This document shows, piece by piece, positions 1-12,232 of a DNA stretch of 64,000 nt. The notes under the pieces were generated by a model. It was not told where the DNA came from. It made no database searches and worked only from the letters and a program-made list of their open reading frames with translations. A program made the translations under genes and the position numbers. How positions within the stretch are numbered: position 1 is the stretch's first letter; each line of letters begins with the position of its first letter. This DNA comes from Pecten maximus. Its lineage: Eukaryota. The stretch covers positions 30,938,001-31,002,000 of the forward strand of contig NC_047031.1 in assembly GCF_902652985.1 (NCBI RefSeq), given 5' to 3'.

Positions 1-419
1 TCAAAGGAGGGACCTATATTCCAGAATATTCCAAAAATTAACAAAAAATAAATATCTATAATAAATTAGCTTGATCAAAAGACGTTTACAGGAAAACTTT
101 CAATACGCGACTTTTCTGCAGAGATTGTTATGGATGAAAGTGCATATCATACAGTCAACATGACTTGTTTTTTACTCAGGACATATGGTGATAAGGATGG
201 TGTCTTGTCATCGTGTTATGTTAACCACTACCAGATGTCCATAAACGGAATCCAATAACTTTATCAGCAATTCAAATAAGAGGTAAATACCACAAAGGGA
301 ATAGGCCCTTTATTGTATTTGATATGTTGTTAATGTGGTACGCTGGTCAGATGGTTTATAAAATGTATAGACTGCGGATGAATTGGCACTTCTATATCTT
401 TATGTCGGTTAGTTCATGT

Positions 420-637
420 CGGTGTGGCCCAGTGGTTAAGGTGTCCCGACACGTTATCACTAGCCCTCCACCTCTGGTTTGCGAACTTCGCAACCTAGGT
501 GGGGCAGTTACCAGGTACTGACCGTAGGCCGGTGGTTTGTCTCCGGGTACTCCGGCTTTCCTCCACCTTTAAAACCTGGCACGTCCTTAAATGACCCTGG
601 CTGTTAATAGGACGTTAAACGAACCAAACCAAATCAA
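420..637 (+). mobile_element. tRNA-derived SINE with V-domain-like core
   Basis: A-box-like TGGCCCAGTGG head, CTCCGGGTACTCCGGCTTTCCTCCA core typical of V-SINEs, AAACC/AATC tail. Near-identical copy at 25695-25907. Confidence 0.8.
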
Positions 638-754
638 TCATGTCGATGTCTCTATCGTATGTCCATAACTGTCCCGAGTTTAGACTCATTGTTGAGCCCT
701 ACAAGGACAGAACAATGTAATGATGTTTTTTAAGGAATTTTCGGTTATTTGATA

Positions 755-1270
755 AACTGATAATAGGGGGCGCCCTGTTCTGTTGTAGTTATGTTGTAAG
801 CTAAGAGCAGGTGGCGCCTTGTTTTGTTGTAGTTATTATGTAAGCTGACAATAGATGGCGCCCTGCTCTGTTGTAGTTGTTGTGTAAGCTGACAGTAGAT
901 GGCGCCCTGTTATGTTTTAGTTATTGTGTAAGCTGACAGCAGATGGCGCCCTGTTATGTTTTAGTTATTGTGTAAGCTGACAGCAGATGGCGCCCTGTTA
1001 TGTTTTAGTTATTGTGTAAGCTGACAGCAGATGGCGCCCTGTTATGTTTTAGTTATGATGTAAGCTGACAGCAGATGGCGCCCTGTTATGTTTTAGTTAT
1101 TGTGTAAGCTGACAGCAGGGGGTGCCTTGTTTTGTTGTACTTATTGTGTAGGCTGATAGCAGTAGTTACAATTGCAGATAATTCGGAAATTGACAGCATG
1201 GGACTTATTGTGCCTTTATAGTTATTCCGGAAACTGACAGCAGGGGGCTCCCTGTGCTGGTGGTGTCACC
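755..1270 (+). repeat. 44-bp tandem repeat containing a CAGCAGATGGCGCC motif
   Basis: Unit AGCTGACAGCAGATGGCGCCCTGTTATGTTTTAGTTATTGTGTA starts at 931, 975, 1019, 1063; about 11 copies, degenerate at the edges. Further copies at ~1490-1630 within a duplicated block. Confidence 0.9.
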
Positions 1271-4200
1271 CCTTTTGACGGAAATTTTGCCCGAATAGCC
1301 CTTGATAGCACGCGACCGACTGACCTGACCTGGTTCTTTTAAATAGCCACCCGATATACCGGGAAGCCCTGTGTGTAATTATTTGGCCTTGACTTTCTAC
1401 ATGACGATAATCATAGCGTACTTTTGGACGCATCATCATTGTTGAGCCCTACAAGGACAGAATAATATAATAACGTAGCTTAAGGAAGTTCCGGTTATTG
1501 TGTAAGCTGACAGTAGGGGGCGCCCTGTACTGCTGTAGTTATTGTGTTAGCTATTTTACAAACTGACTGTAAGGTACTCCATGTTCTGTTGTAGTTATTT
1601 CGAAAGCTGACAGCAGGGGGCGCCCTGTGTTTTTGAAGCTTACCCACTACTGACGGACACTCGCCCCAATAGCCCTTGATATCACGCGACCGATTGACCC
1701 GACCTTGGTCTGTAAGATAGCCACCCGATATACCGGGTGGCCCTGTCTGCAATTGTATGCCCTTGGCTTTCTACGTGACGATAACCGTGGCGTGCCTTCC
1801 TTTATCGTGTTCGTAACAACTATATCGAATATACAGGTAGAGTACCATATTTTGGAATGCAATTACATACAATGTAAATTTCCAAAATGGTTTATTCTCG
1901 CTACAAGAACTATGCTTCACAAATGTTAGAGATGAGGAACACCACGGAAAGGTATATGACATATATTATATAACATTTCCGTAATTAAATCGATACTTTT
2001 CCTCGAGTAAATGAAGATTTTATGACCTACCTACAGTATCAGCTATCTTGATCCAAGTGCTCGATTAAATACATTTCCTGAATAGGAAAATCAACCAATT
2101 AACGGTGTTTCGAAAGAAGTTTGGTAAGAAAGTAAAGTTCCTCATTAGCATGGTAGTTTCGGGGATTTGTTTTGATGTATTGATGACATGTCTTATATCT
2201 ACTTTAAAATATTATTATATAGAATCTATACTGCATATACAAAACAAGATACATTACTTAGTTGTCTTTCCTGGCGGAAAACTCGTCTAGTTATCTTTAA
2301 AAAATAGTCTTGGATGTGTTTATCATCTGATTTCATAGCTGAATTGCTTGTGAAACTACAAGGATTTATTAAATCCGTCAAAAAGGGATGTAGAACATGT
2401 GCATTTATGTCTTTAGCCTTTTTTAATTCGGTTAAATTTAGTGAGTAATTATCTAAAGGCTTCAATCGTTAGTTACAGCATAAATTGTATGACCGGCTAG
2501 GCGTGAGACCTAAAGGAGCCAGTGGAGACGGTTTGGTTGGTACGGCGCGCTTCATTGACGTGTACAGTCGATTGTAACGGTAAAACTGGTGTTAACGTGC
2601 TGAAGGATGATCGGTTATCTTACGACCAGCCAGCTGTTATCTCCCGTGTAAAATATCTCACCTGTAATCAGATTACAGCAAGGACGGTTTGATCAGGATT
2701 ATTTTAATATAGGTCAATTCGTAGTTCAAAGTTTAAAGGTCAATTCGGTAGTTCAACGTTTTGGTGATCCTACCAGTTGCTTGATAACCTTACATGCCGT
2801 GTTCAGCGGTACAATCTCTTGACAATGTATAAGGATATAGATGTTAGAGGGCTGACATCACCCTATCAACTGCCTCCTCCCCTCCCTCTAAAAAGGAAAA
2901 AAATACATATATTTTCAATCGTTTGTATGGAATGAATAATAAATAATTGCTTTCTCCTATTTCGAAATTCTATTGTGAAATAAAACAAGTTGTCAACCAG
3001 GAAGAGGGCTGGGTGAGAGAAAGAGAAGGAGGCCAGCACGTCTCCAGACGGAAGTAAAACGAGCCATGGATTTCTTGCAGAGAAACATATCTTCAGGATG
3101 CATCTTCATGACCATGCCAATCAAGATTCATGCAAACAACAAATCAAGTGATTTTTACAAGTACCAACATCACTTTTCTATTTAAGCAGTAAACTGTCTT
3201 TTTATAGGATTATATGGTCTATATAGATGCCAGAGCTTTGCAGACAATCTTCATAATGCGCGCTAGCTGGTCTCGTACTCTATCCGATAGCATGATGAGC
3301 AATGATCAGATGCCATTTGTTTACATTGGTTGCTAGTTCCGGGGGATCCGATCCGTACATCCGGTCGCGTATGAATAACACATGAATGCACGATTTGGGT
3401 GTCAGTTATGCATAGAATGGTGTCACGCTTTGGGTGTCAGTTATACTCTCATAGACTGCAAATTTGTTTAGTTTGTTTATATCATGGCTTTGCCATCCAA
3501 ATGTAAATATTACAGTGTCACGGCAAAATGCGTTAAATGCACGTTTCAGGAGAATACAGAACGATTATTTGGTTAGACATATTGATAGCCAACGCTTGTC
3601 ATACATGTGATACGTCTGGTTTATAACCATCGCTTGTCATTATTGAAAGGTCTAAAATTAGCAAACATCCAGTCGGGGGAAACGAACCCGTTTATACCAC
3701 CGAATTCAGCAGATTTATTAATATTCAGCAGAAATGGTTTATCATAAAGGGCCATCCAAATAGCAAACCCAGTGATATCTATAATATTTTACAAGCTAAT
3801 CACTAATGGTTCAGAAGTTACTTTTCAGCATGTAACATGCCTGAACATGGACCTTGTTGCTGACATGTAATTTGTTCAGCGTTTGTAAAATTCCACTTAA
3901 CATGCAAAAATGAATGTTTCAGTGGGACACAATGAGCTCAGCTGCCGACTTGATGTTTGCTGAAGTTGCTTTTGAATCCATTCGTCAGCCAACTTGTTTG
4001 ATGTGTGCTAAGGTTGCTTTTGAATTCATCCGTTAGCCGACTTGTTTGAACAAGTTGGCAGCACTTCATATAAAGATATAGAACGTACATGTATGTGATG
4101 TTTTACCGTTTTGTATGTGCTATGCACTGTTTGTTAACCCGAAGCTATTGTCGCGACGATCTGGACTAAGTGTATGCAGCCTGTTCGTCACTTACTTGTC

Positions 4201-5034
4201 GGTTGATATGAGAGAAGCTGGCCCAACTACTCGGGACATCTACCAAGGATATTACCTTAAGTGTGTTTACATGTTTACTTATATATCAAAAATTGTGTTC
4301 TAATGTGTGATACGCGAATTTAAATTAAATTGGTTTTTACACGACTTACGTCTCCTTTTACGGCGGTTGTTGTGACCAGGCAACATATATTATCCTAAGA
4401 AAATGACGGTTACCTTTTTTTTCTTTTCTGTTTTAGGTTCAATAAATTTTACTTTTTCTAAGTCGCGAACATATACATCAATGTCCTCGTGTAAGAGGGA
4501 TATCAGTCGCCATACTTAATTCATTCTATCTATTAATGTCTTTCTCTTTCATACCAAAGAGGTATGGTCGTTTTCCGCTTATCCTGACCTAGGCCACGGA
4601 CAGCGATAGTCTGGGCTAAAAATACAGGTAAAATATCACGTGACCCCAGTGATTCCTACATTACCAAAATAGATTGTCATGGTCCATTGGCGCGCCGTGT
4701 GTTGTGAACGGATTCATGTATATAGTCAATCAATACCATAGGAAATCAAGTTAAATTGACATGTTAAATTAAACAGGAATTTTACACTACTCATCCATGT
4801 ACATGTATGTCTGTGGTCGACGCTGCAATTCATTTACATTTTACTTTGAATGGTATGGAGTAAATCGGTTATGATTCACTCTTATTTTTATCCAAGTGAA
4901 AATTAACTAACTTAAAACTATATATTTTATATTAAATATGTATTTAATGTTAAAAAAAATCTTTCAAATATGACCAAGAAAACTTAAATGGTATTATTCT
5001 TAAACATAACAAAATATGAATAAGATACATCTTG

Positions 5035-5092
5035 GTGATTCGAACTGAGAACCTTCGGGTTGCTATGCGATGGTTCTACCATATGAGCTATG
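5035..5092 (-). repeat. tRNA-like head fragment (SINE/MITE-internal)
   Basis: Reverse strand TAGCTCATATGGTAGAAC...GTTCGAATCACC has A/B-box-like motifs but no acceptor stem. Confidence 0.4.
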
Positions 5093-5641
5093 CTGACTTA
5101 TGGGAATGCGATGCTCATGTTATGAATTAAAGTCAGTCTGGTTAATGCGAAAATTAAAATGTTTTATCAACTACGTTTTTTTTCAATTTTTCCATACCAG
5201 CGCATCGGAGGACCAATTTTTAAGAATAGGATTTTAGTTGTCTTTTGGTACATAGAATAAAATAAGACATTGTAAAAGTTGGTCTTCCGATGCGCTCTAT
5301 GTCAAAAAATGATATGAATGCGGGAAAACCCCCCTCGAAAGTTGCAAATAGCCCGATGATGCAACTTTACGGTCATTTAATGAAATATCCATTGCAATGA
5401 ACAATGGATTTTTCGCAAATAAGAAATTTTATATGTTATAGATTTGAAGTTTGTATTCAAAAACTAGGTTTTTAACAATATTATTTTGATTTTGAAAACG
5501 GTCACCATTAGGTCGAAACAGGCCAATATGCGCCATACCTCTTTACAGAATCTGTCCTATTGTTTTTGTTAATAATATGTTGGCATACCCTTTCTCGATC
5601 TCGATCTCTCTCCCATCCATACATCCGTATACACATATATT

Positions 5642-5730
5642 GCCGATGTGGCGCAGCGTTATAGGCTGCGGATAGTTCTGGCTGGGCGATTGGGTGCCGT
5701 AGATCTTGAGTTCGAGGCCCGGTCAGGGCA
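5642..5730 (+). repeat. tRNA-derived SINE head, a different family
   Basis: GCCGATGTGGCGCAGCG...GAGTTCGAGGCCCGGTCAGGGCA; A/B-box-like, not a valid cloverleaf. Confidence 0.45.
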
Positions 5731-5833
5731 CGAGTCAAAAAAGTCTTCCTTCGTCATTTGTGTTTCTAAGTTATATATCTATTTATTAGCACAATGTATC
5801 ACATACACTATATGTTGGTGATCCGAAGATTAT

Positions 5834-7440
5834 AAGACTCTTTCATATGTGTATATGTAGGATAGGGATATTCCACCCGAGGGGTCACAAAATGTGGTGA
5901 AACCCGAGGCTTGCCGAGGGTTTTACCACATTTTGTGATCCCGAGGGTGGAATATCCCTATCCTACATACACACATAATGAAAGAGTCTTTTTCTCTCAT
6001 ATCATTACCGAATTTCTGGCGAAAGTGTCCCTCAGCCATCCATTTTCTTCAATTTTTTAATTTCTTTATTTGACGTTTTTACCAAATATACTTGTGATAT
6101 TCTGAAAGATCATACCCTATATTGGCAAACTATGTTTGCCCCAATTTTCATTCATTTTGTGGTTAAGTGATGAACGAATGAACAATTCGCCGATAAAAAT
6201 TACCGTAACTTGACCGACTTTTACGTGGCCGTGATCAAATTGTCAACATCCGAGAAAAAGAAGTTCTATCAACAATACTGAAAGCCAACGCTGAAATGAG
6301 TTTTCCAACTTCACATATAATTTGATTTGCACCTCGACATATTTAATCATTTCACAGAACACACTGTACTTTTAAATGTCAAGTCAAATTTTTTTTATAA
6401 AATACTACGTCACTGCATGACGTCACGACTGTCATTGGAATTCCATTCATAGTTCAAGGATATTGAGAGTGATGTCGATCTCGATCGCCATGACGCGGCG
6501 ATGTTTCGTGGCTGGTAATTTTAAATTCACTGTGATTTTGGCAACTTCTTGTGTGAACCAGCGAACAGTGACTCTATACGAGTATTCGATCTTTTCTGTG
6601 ACATAGGATTATATGTGTTTAACCGGTTGTCTTGATGGAATGACGAAGGTAGGTCAGTCGATAGGCTAACCTAACGATGATCATATTGAAAGGCTAGGAT
6701 GGCAGTTAGTTTTCATGGTTACTCTACACAAATTATAGACTCTGAGTTACAATTAAAATAAATATTTTTATATGAACATCGACGGGTGTCATTTTTACCG
6801 AATGTTCGTTCATTTAAGAGCCAATTCCCAACTTCCAAATACACAAGTTACTGAGTAGGCCTAACAGTTACTGACAGTACAGTAGAGTAAACAAATTCCA
6901 GGGCCCCCTGCTGACGCAAACGGAACCATTTCATAGGTTGTGACGTTTGACATTTTCTTTTTTATATTTTTTTATGTATGGCTTTTATTTTACTTCCTGT
7001 CATTGCCAGGTGATTGTGTGTGTTTACATGTTTTTAATGACAAATGACAAATCTGTCGGGTAGGCAAGTCTGTATTGTACTGTAACTGTTACAACAGGCC
7101 TGTAGGCGTAGTCTAACTGTTTGTTACAGTAACGGAGTTATATGTTCGCTCAGATGAAATGTCTAATCGTTTAACCGTGTAGCCCTATTGATTTACTGCT
7201 GATATGATATATATTTATCTAAGAATGTATGTATTTTTATAGTTAAGTCCAACGTTTCAAAACCGACACCGACGAAAAGGACTGTCGGATGTGAACACAA
7301 GCAGACGACGTTGTGAGAGTTGTCCCCCTTGAACGCAGATTAATCCGCGCGCGTGAAATGCTATGTAAGATAGATTTATCTTACATAGCTATCTTACATG
7401 GGCAAACTCTATCCAACATGGCGAAATATGAGAGAAAAAG
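5834..7440. mobile_element. Non-autonomous hairpin-ended element (possibly Crypton-type)
   Basis: Near-perfect palindrome 5834-5990, then CTTTTTCTCTCATAT (5988-6002), whose exact inverse ATATGAGAGAAAAAG lies at 7426-7440. Degenerate fragment at ~63075-63140. Confidence 0.55.
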
Positions 7441-9520
7441 ATTTGAATTTCCTGTCGTAGTTGTACCGAGAGAAATATATATAACACGACTCTCCTAACA
7501 ACCCAAAGTAAAGTATAAGTAGATGCTTATCTTCACCTCTGACAGAGGAATAATCGTCGTTTGAATACAAAAAAATTCCGTCGAATGTTTATACAATACA
7601 CGAATTAATATTTCAGGTTATTATCGGTATCCAAAAGCTTCTAATTTAACTTTCAGGTGTTGAGAGGAAAAATATTAGAATAATAGCAGATCTATATGTT
7701 TAGATTTTGATGACACACGGACTGTCATCAGTTTCGTTATGTAATTCAATAAAGTGCGATAAACATTGGATTGAAGGCTAATTGAATTATCTTTCGCGGG
7801 TTCTCGCGGCAGGATTAAGAAATCTAAATAACCCGGGTACAGGTATGCGACAGTCACAAACAGGTAATGGAACACCCCTGACCCCGGCCGAGGTGTGTAA
7901 AACATATTTCTTCTGACAAAATTTAAGCTTTAACAGGGAGTATGAAGACAATTTTCCCAGATGTTGTTAAACACCGAGACTTTAAGGTAAAGTTAATGAA
8001 CATCACAGTGTATTCGTTTCAGGACTTCATTTCATTTTTAAAGCTTCGTTCCTTCCCATAAAAGTGTGTAAAAATCCGTCGCAGGAAAGGGCACGCAGAG
8101 ATTGGACTGTTCACCAATCCAACATTACAGAGGCTCTTGGATATGGGTTTTATTTGAATTTTTGGTCGTAGTTACATTTTTCCGTAAATGGTACAGTATA
8201 TGACGAAAATACAACCACAGGTGTTAACCTAGGTTTTGTTTGCTATTTCGATTGCTAAAAAGAAGTTTTTTTGGGTATGGTTGATGTGTTTGACTTGTAT
8301 GTTTAAGTATCTGTTATCAAAATTTCACAAATGTTAAACTTTATTTTTTTTAGTTTTCAACATTTTTGTGGACTGAATATTTAGAACCAAACGCTTCTTT
8401 TCATCTGATAAATAATTCGTATCATTTTCAACACTGAAGATATCACTTTATTTGACCTATTACCGCTGAAATTGCATTTTACAGTTTACAATATGCACCT
8501 GACATTAAAGTATGTTCATTCAAAAATATGTTTACCTCCAATATTGGCATCCTCTTCTGTAATAGCTTAAATATGCTTATAATCAACAAAACAATAAATT
8601 ATAATGTATCTATGTCAATCCAACACTGATTATAACAACAAATTAAAACTCGCTTTAAACAATAGAGACAGGAAGAGCCAGATCATCCGATCAATATGTA
8701 TATAGATATGATAATGTCATTACATTTTGAAATTGGAGCTAATTGCTTAAGTTATTCAATAATTTTTTTTACTTGAAGTTTAAGTTCCTCAATTAACATA
8801 TAGGATTCACCCTGTAACCATTGAAAATTTACAGGAAGTCATGGAATTGTTTTATCCTTATTTTGGCATAATCACTTTTTGGAAAAAATTGCAAATTTTC
8901 CCAAATAAGTCTAAATTTTGAAAATTGGGATGAAAAAACATAATTTTTTGTTTTTGCTTTCCAAATCGTTGTTCAAATATCATTCATTTTAATTCTTAAG
9001 ACCATCGGTTAAGGTTTTCCTGGCCGTGCCCTATCCCCTTAGATTAAGTTTGAAGTTTTTAAATGGTTGTGACTTTTGATGTATTAAATGGACACCCTTT
9101 AAATATATGCTGATTCCTTTTGACATCATCCCTTATTGTGAGACCGAGACGTGTATGTGTTTTTATTTCAGTAGTTCGCTTGTCATTACAGGAACGGTAG
9201 GACTGTTCTGATTAGTTTTTCCTGATAATGCACATATTAAGTTGGAGAAGGATTAAATGTAATGTCCAGGTTAGTTACCAACAAATAAAGATAAGGAAAA
9301 TGGTATACCAATTCGATGAGATAATGATCACATATACTATAAAGAGAGTTGTCATTTGCAAATATTTTAATTTAACTGAAACACAATCAACAATATCATG
9401 AATATATATTAAAAGCAATAACGGCAACCTCGGGGTCAAAGGTTGATGTATAATCTTCAGGCAGAACTCTCTTGCTTTTCAAACGAATTTAAAAGAATCC
9501 TCAATACGCCATAAGATTCC

Positions 9521-11787
9521 AACTTGTAAATTCTAACTTGTAATCCCCTAACTTGTAATCCTATAACTTGTAATCCTATAACTTGTAATCCCCTAACTTG
9601 TAATCGTCTAATTTGTAATCCCCTAACTTGTAATCCACTAACTTGTAATCATATAACTTGTAATCGTCTAACTTGTAATCCCCTAACTTGTAATCCCCTA
9701 ACTTGTAATCCTCTAACTTGTAATCCTCTAACTTGTAATCCTCTAACTTGTAATCCCCTAACTTGTAATCCCCTAACTTGTAATCGTCTAACTTGTAATC
9801 CCCTAACTTGTAATACTATAACTTGTAATCCTCTAACTTGTAATCCTATATCTTGTAATCCTCTAACTTGTAATCCTATAACTTGTAATCCTCTAACTTG
9901 TAATCATCTAACTTGTAATCCTATAACTTGTATTCCTCTAACTTGTAATCCCCTAACTTGTAATCCCCTAACTTGTAATCGTATAACTTGTAATCCCCTA
10001 ACTTGTAATCCTATAACTTGTAATCCTCTAACTTGTAATCATCTAACTTGTAATCCTTTAACTTGTAATCCTATAACTTGAAATCCCCTAACTTGTAATC
10101 CCCTAACTTGTAATCCTCTAACTTGTAATCCCCTAACTTTTAATCCTATAACTTGTAATCCCCTAACTTGTAATCCCCTAACTTGTAATCCCCTAACTTG
10201 TAATCCTATAACTTGTAATCCTATAACTTGTAATCCCCTAACTTGTAATCCCCTAACTTGTAATCCCCTAACTTGTAATCCCCTAACTTGTAATCCCCTA
10301 ACTTATCCTATAACTTGTAATCCTCTAACTTGTAATCCCCTAACTTGTGATCCCCTAACTTGTAATCCCCTAACTTGTTATCCTCTAACTTGTAATCCCC
10401 TAACTTGTAATCCTCTAACTTGTAATCATCTAACTTGTAATCCCCTAACTTGTAATCCTATAACTTGTAATCATCTAACTTGTAATCCGCTAACTTGTAA
10501 TCCTATAACTTGGAATCCTCTAACTTGTAATCCCCTAACTTGTAATCCTATAACTTGTAATCCTATAACTTGTAATCAACTAACTTGTAATCCTCTAACT
10601 TGTAATCCCATAACTTGTAATCCCCTAACTTGTAATCCACTAACTTGTAATCATATAACTTGTAATCGTCTAACTTGTAATCCCCTAACTTGTAATCCCC
10701 TAACTTGTAATCCTATATCTTGTAATCCTCTAACTTGTAATCATATAACTTGTAATCCTCTAACTTGTAATCCTCTAACTTGTAATACCCTAACTTGTAA
10801 TCCCCTAACTTGTAATCGTCTAACTTGTAATCCCCTAACTTGTAATCATCTAACTTGTAATCCTATAACTTGTATTCTTCTAACTTGTAATCCTATAACT
10901 TGTATTCCTCTAACTTGTAATCCCCTAACTTGTAATCGTCTAACTTGTAATCCCCTAACTTGTAATCCTCTAACTTGTAATCCCATAACTTGTAATCCCC
11001 TAACTTGTAATCCCCTAACTTGTAATCCTCTAACTTGTAATCATCTAACTTGTAATCCCCTAACTTGTAATCCTCTAAATTGTAATCATCTAACTTGTAA
11101 TCCCCTAACTTGTAATCCTATAACTTGGAATCCTCTAACTTGTAATCCTCTAACTTGTAATCCTCTAACTTGTAATCCTATAACTTGTAATCTTCTAACT
11201 TGTAATCCTCTAACTTGTAATCCTATAACTTGTAATCCTCTAACTTGTATTCCTATAACTTGTAATCATCTAACTTGTAATCCCCTAACTTGTAATCTCC
11301 TAACTTGTAATCCTATAACTTGTAATCCTCTAACTTGTAATCCTCTAACTTGTAATCCCCTAACTTGTAATCCTATAACTTGTAATCGTCTAACTTGTAA
11401 TCATCTAACTTGTAACCCTCTAACTTGTAATCCCCTAACTTGTAATCTTCTAACTTGTAATCCGCTAACTTGTAACCCCCTAACTTGTAATCCCTAACTT
11501 GTAATCCTCTAACTTGTAATCCCCTAACTTGTAATCCCCTAACTTGTAATCCTATAACTTGTAATCCCCTAACTTGTAATCTTCTAACTTGTAATCCTCT
11601 AACTTGTAATCCCCTAACTTGTAATCCTCTAACTTGTAATCCCCTAACTTGTAATCCTCTAACTTGTAATCCTCTAACTTGTAATCCCCTAACTTGTAAT
11701 CCTCTAACTTGTAATCCCCTAACTTGTAATCCTCTAACTTGTAATCCTCCAACTTGTAATCCTCTAACTTGTAATCCCCTAACTTGT
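9521..11787. repeat. 15-bp satellite TAACTTGTAATCNNN, ~150 copies
   Basis: Direct inspection: 12 nearly invariant bases plus a variable triplet (CCC, CTC, CTA, GTC, ATC, ATA...). Confidence 0.97.
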
Positions 11788-11836
11788 ATATCTATTGTGT
11801 CCAACTTTACCAAATGTCTTGCTTATGTGAATTTTT

Positions 11837-11842
11837 TTTATT
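11837..11842 (-). terminator. Candidate polyadenylation signal (AATAAA) of gene A
   Basis: AATAAA on the minus strand ~350 nt after the gene A stop codon and ~50 nt before the satellite. Chance matches are common in AT-rich DNA. Confidence 0.35.
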
Positions 11843-11974
11843 TAGGCAATCAACAATGGAATGGCAAATAGACAATAACATATTTACGATTAAATCTTTC
11901 AAATCTAGATTAAGTTACAATTTTATATGACTACAATGTACATAGCACACTGTTATAGCTCACCGTTATATTTC

Positions 11975-12232
11975 CATATCACACTTTTGAATACTTAAAA
12001 CATTCAGGTACTTTGATTGAACTGTAGATTTTCTATATAATAATATCACAATTTTGAATACTTAAAACATTAAGGTACTTTGATTGAACTGTAGATTTGC
12101 TATATAATAATATCACAATTTTAAATACTTAAAACATTAAGGTACTTAGATTGAACAGTAGATTATTATATGATAATATCATAATTCTAGATATCTATAA
12201 ACTTAAGGAACTTTGATGAAACTGTGGTTTGT
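11975..12232. repeat. 67-bp tandem repeat (3 copies plus a partial copy overlapping the gene A stop codon)
   Basis: TACTTAAAACATT at 11992, 12059 and 12126; a homologous segment at 12195-12230. Confidence 0.85.

Noticed and set aside
3855-4385. Possible solo LTR (TGTTGC...GCAACA); a similar candidate at ~40306-40880
   Set aside because: No target-site duplication, second copy or internal retroelement sequence is visible.
9521-11787. CRISPR-like or telomeric array
   Set aside because: No unique spacers, only a 3-nt variable site; eukaryotic context; not (TTAGGG)n.
11373-11813. 146 aa (GLQVR)n and 66 aa (DYKLE)n ORFs
   Set aside because: By-products of the 15-bp satellite. Variant units elsewhere introduce TAG/TGA stops and frameshifts, and there is no splice or start context.
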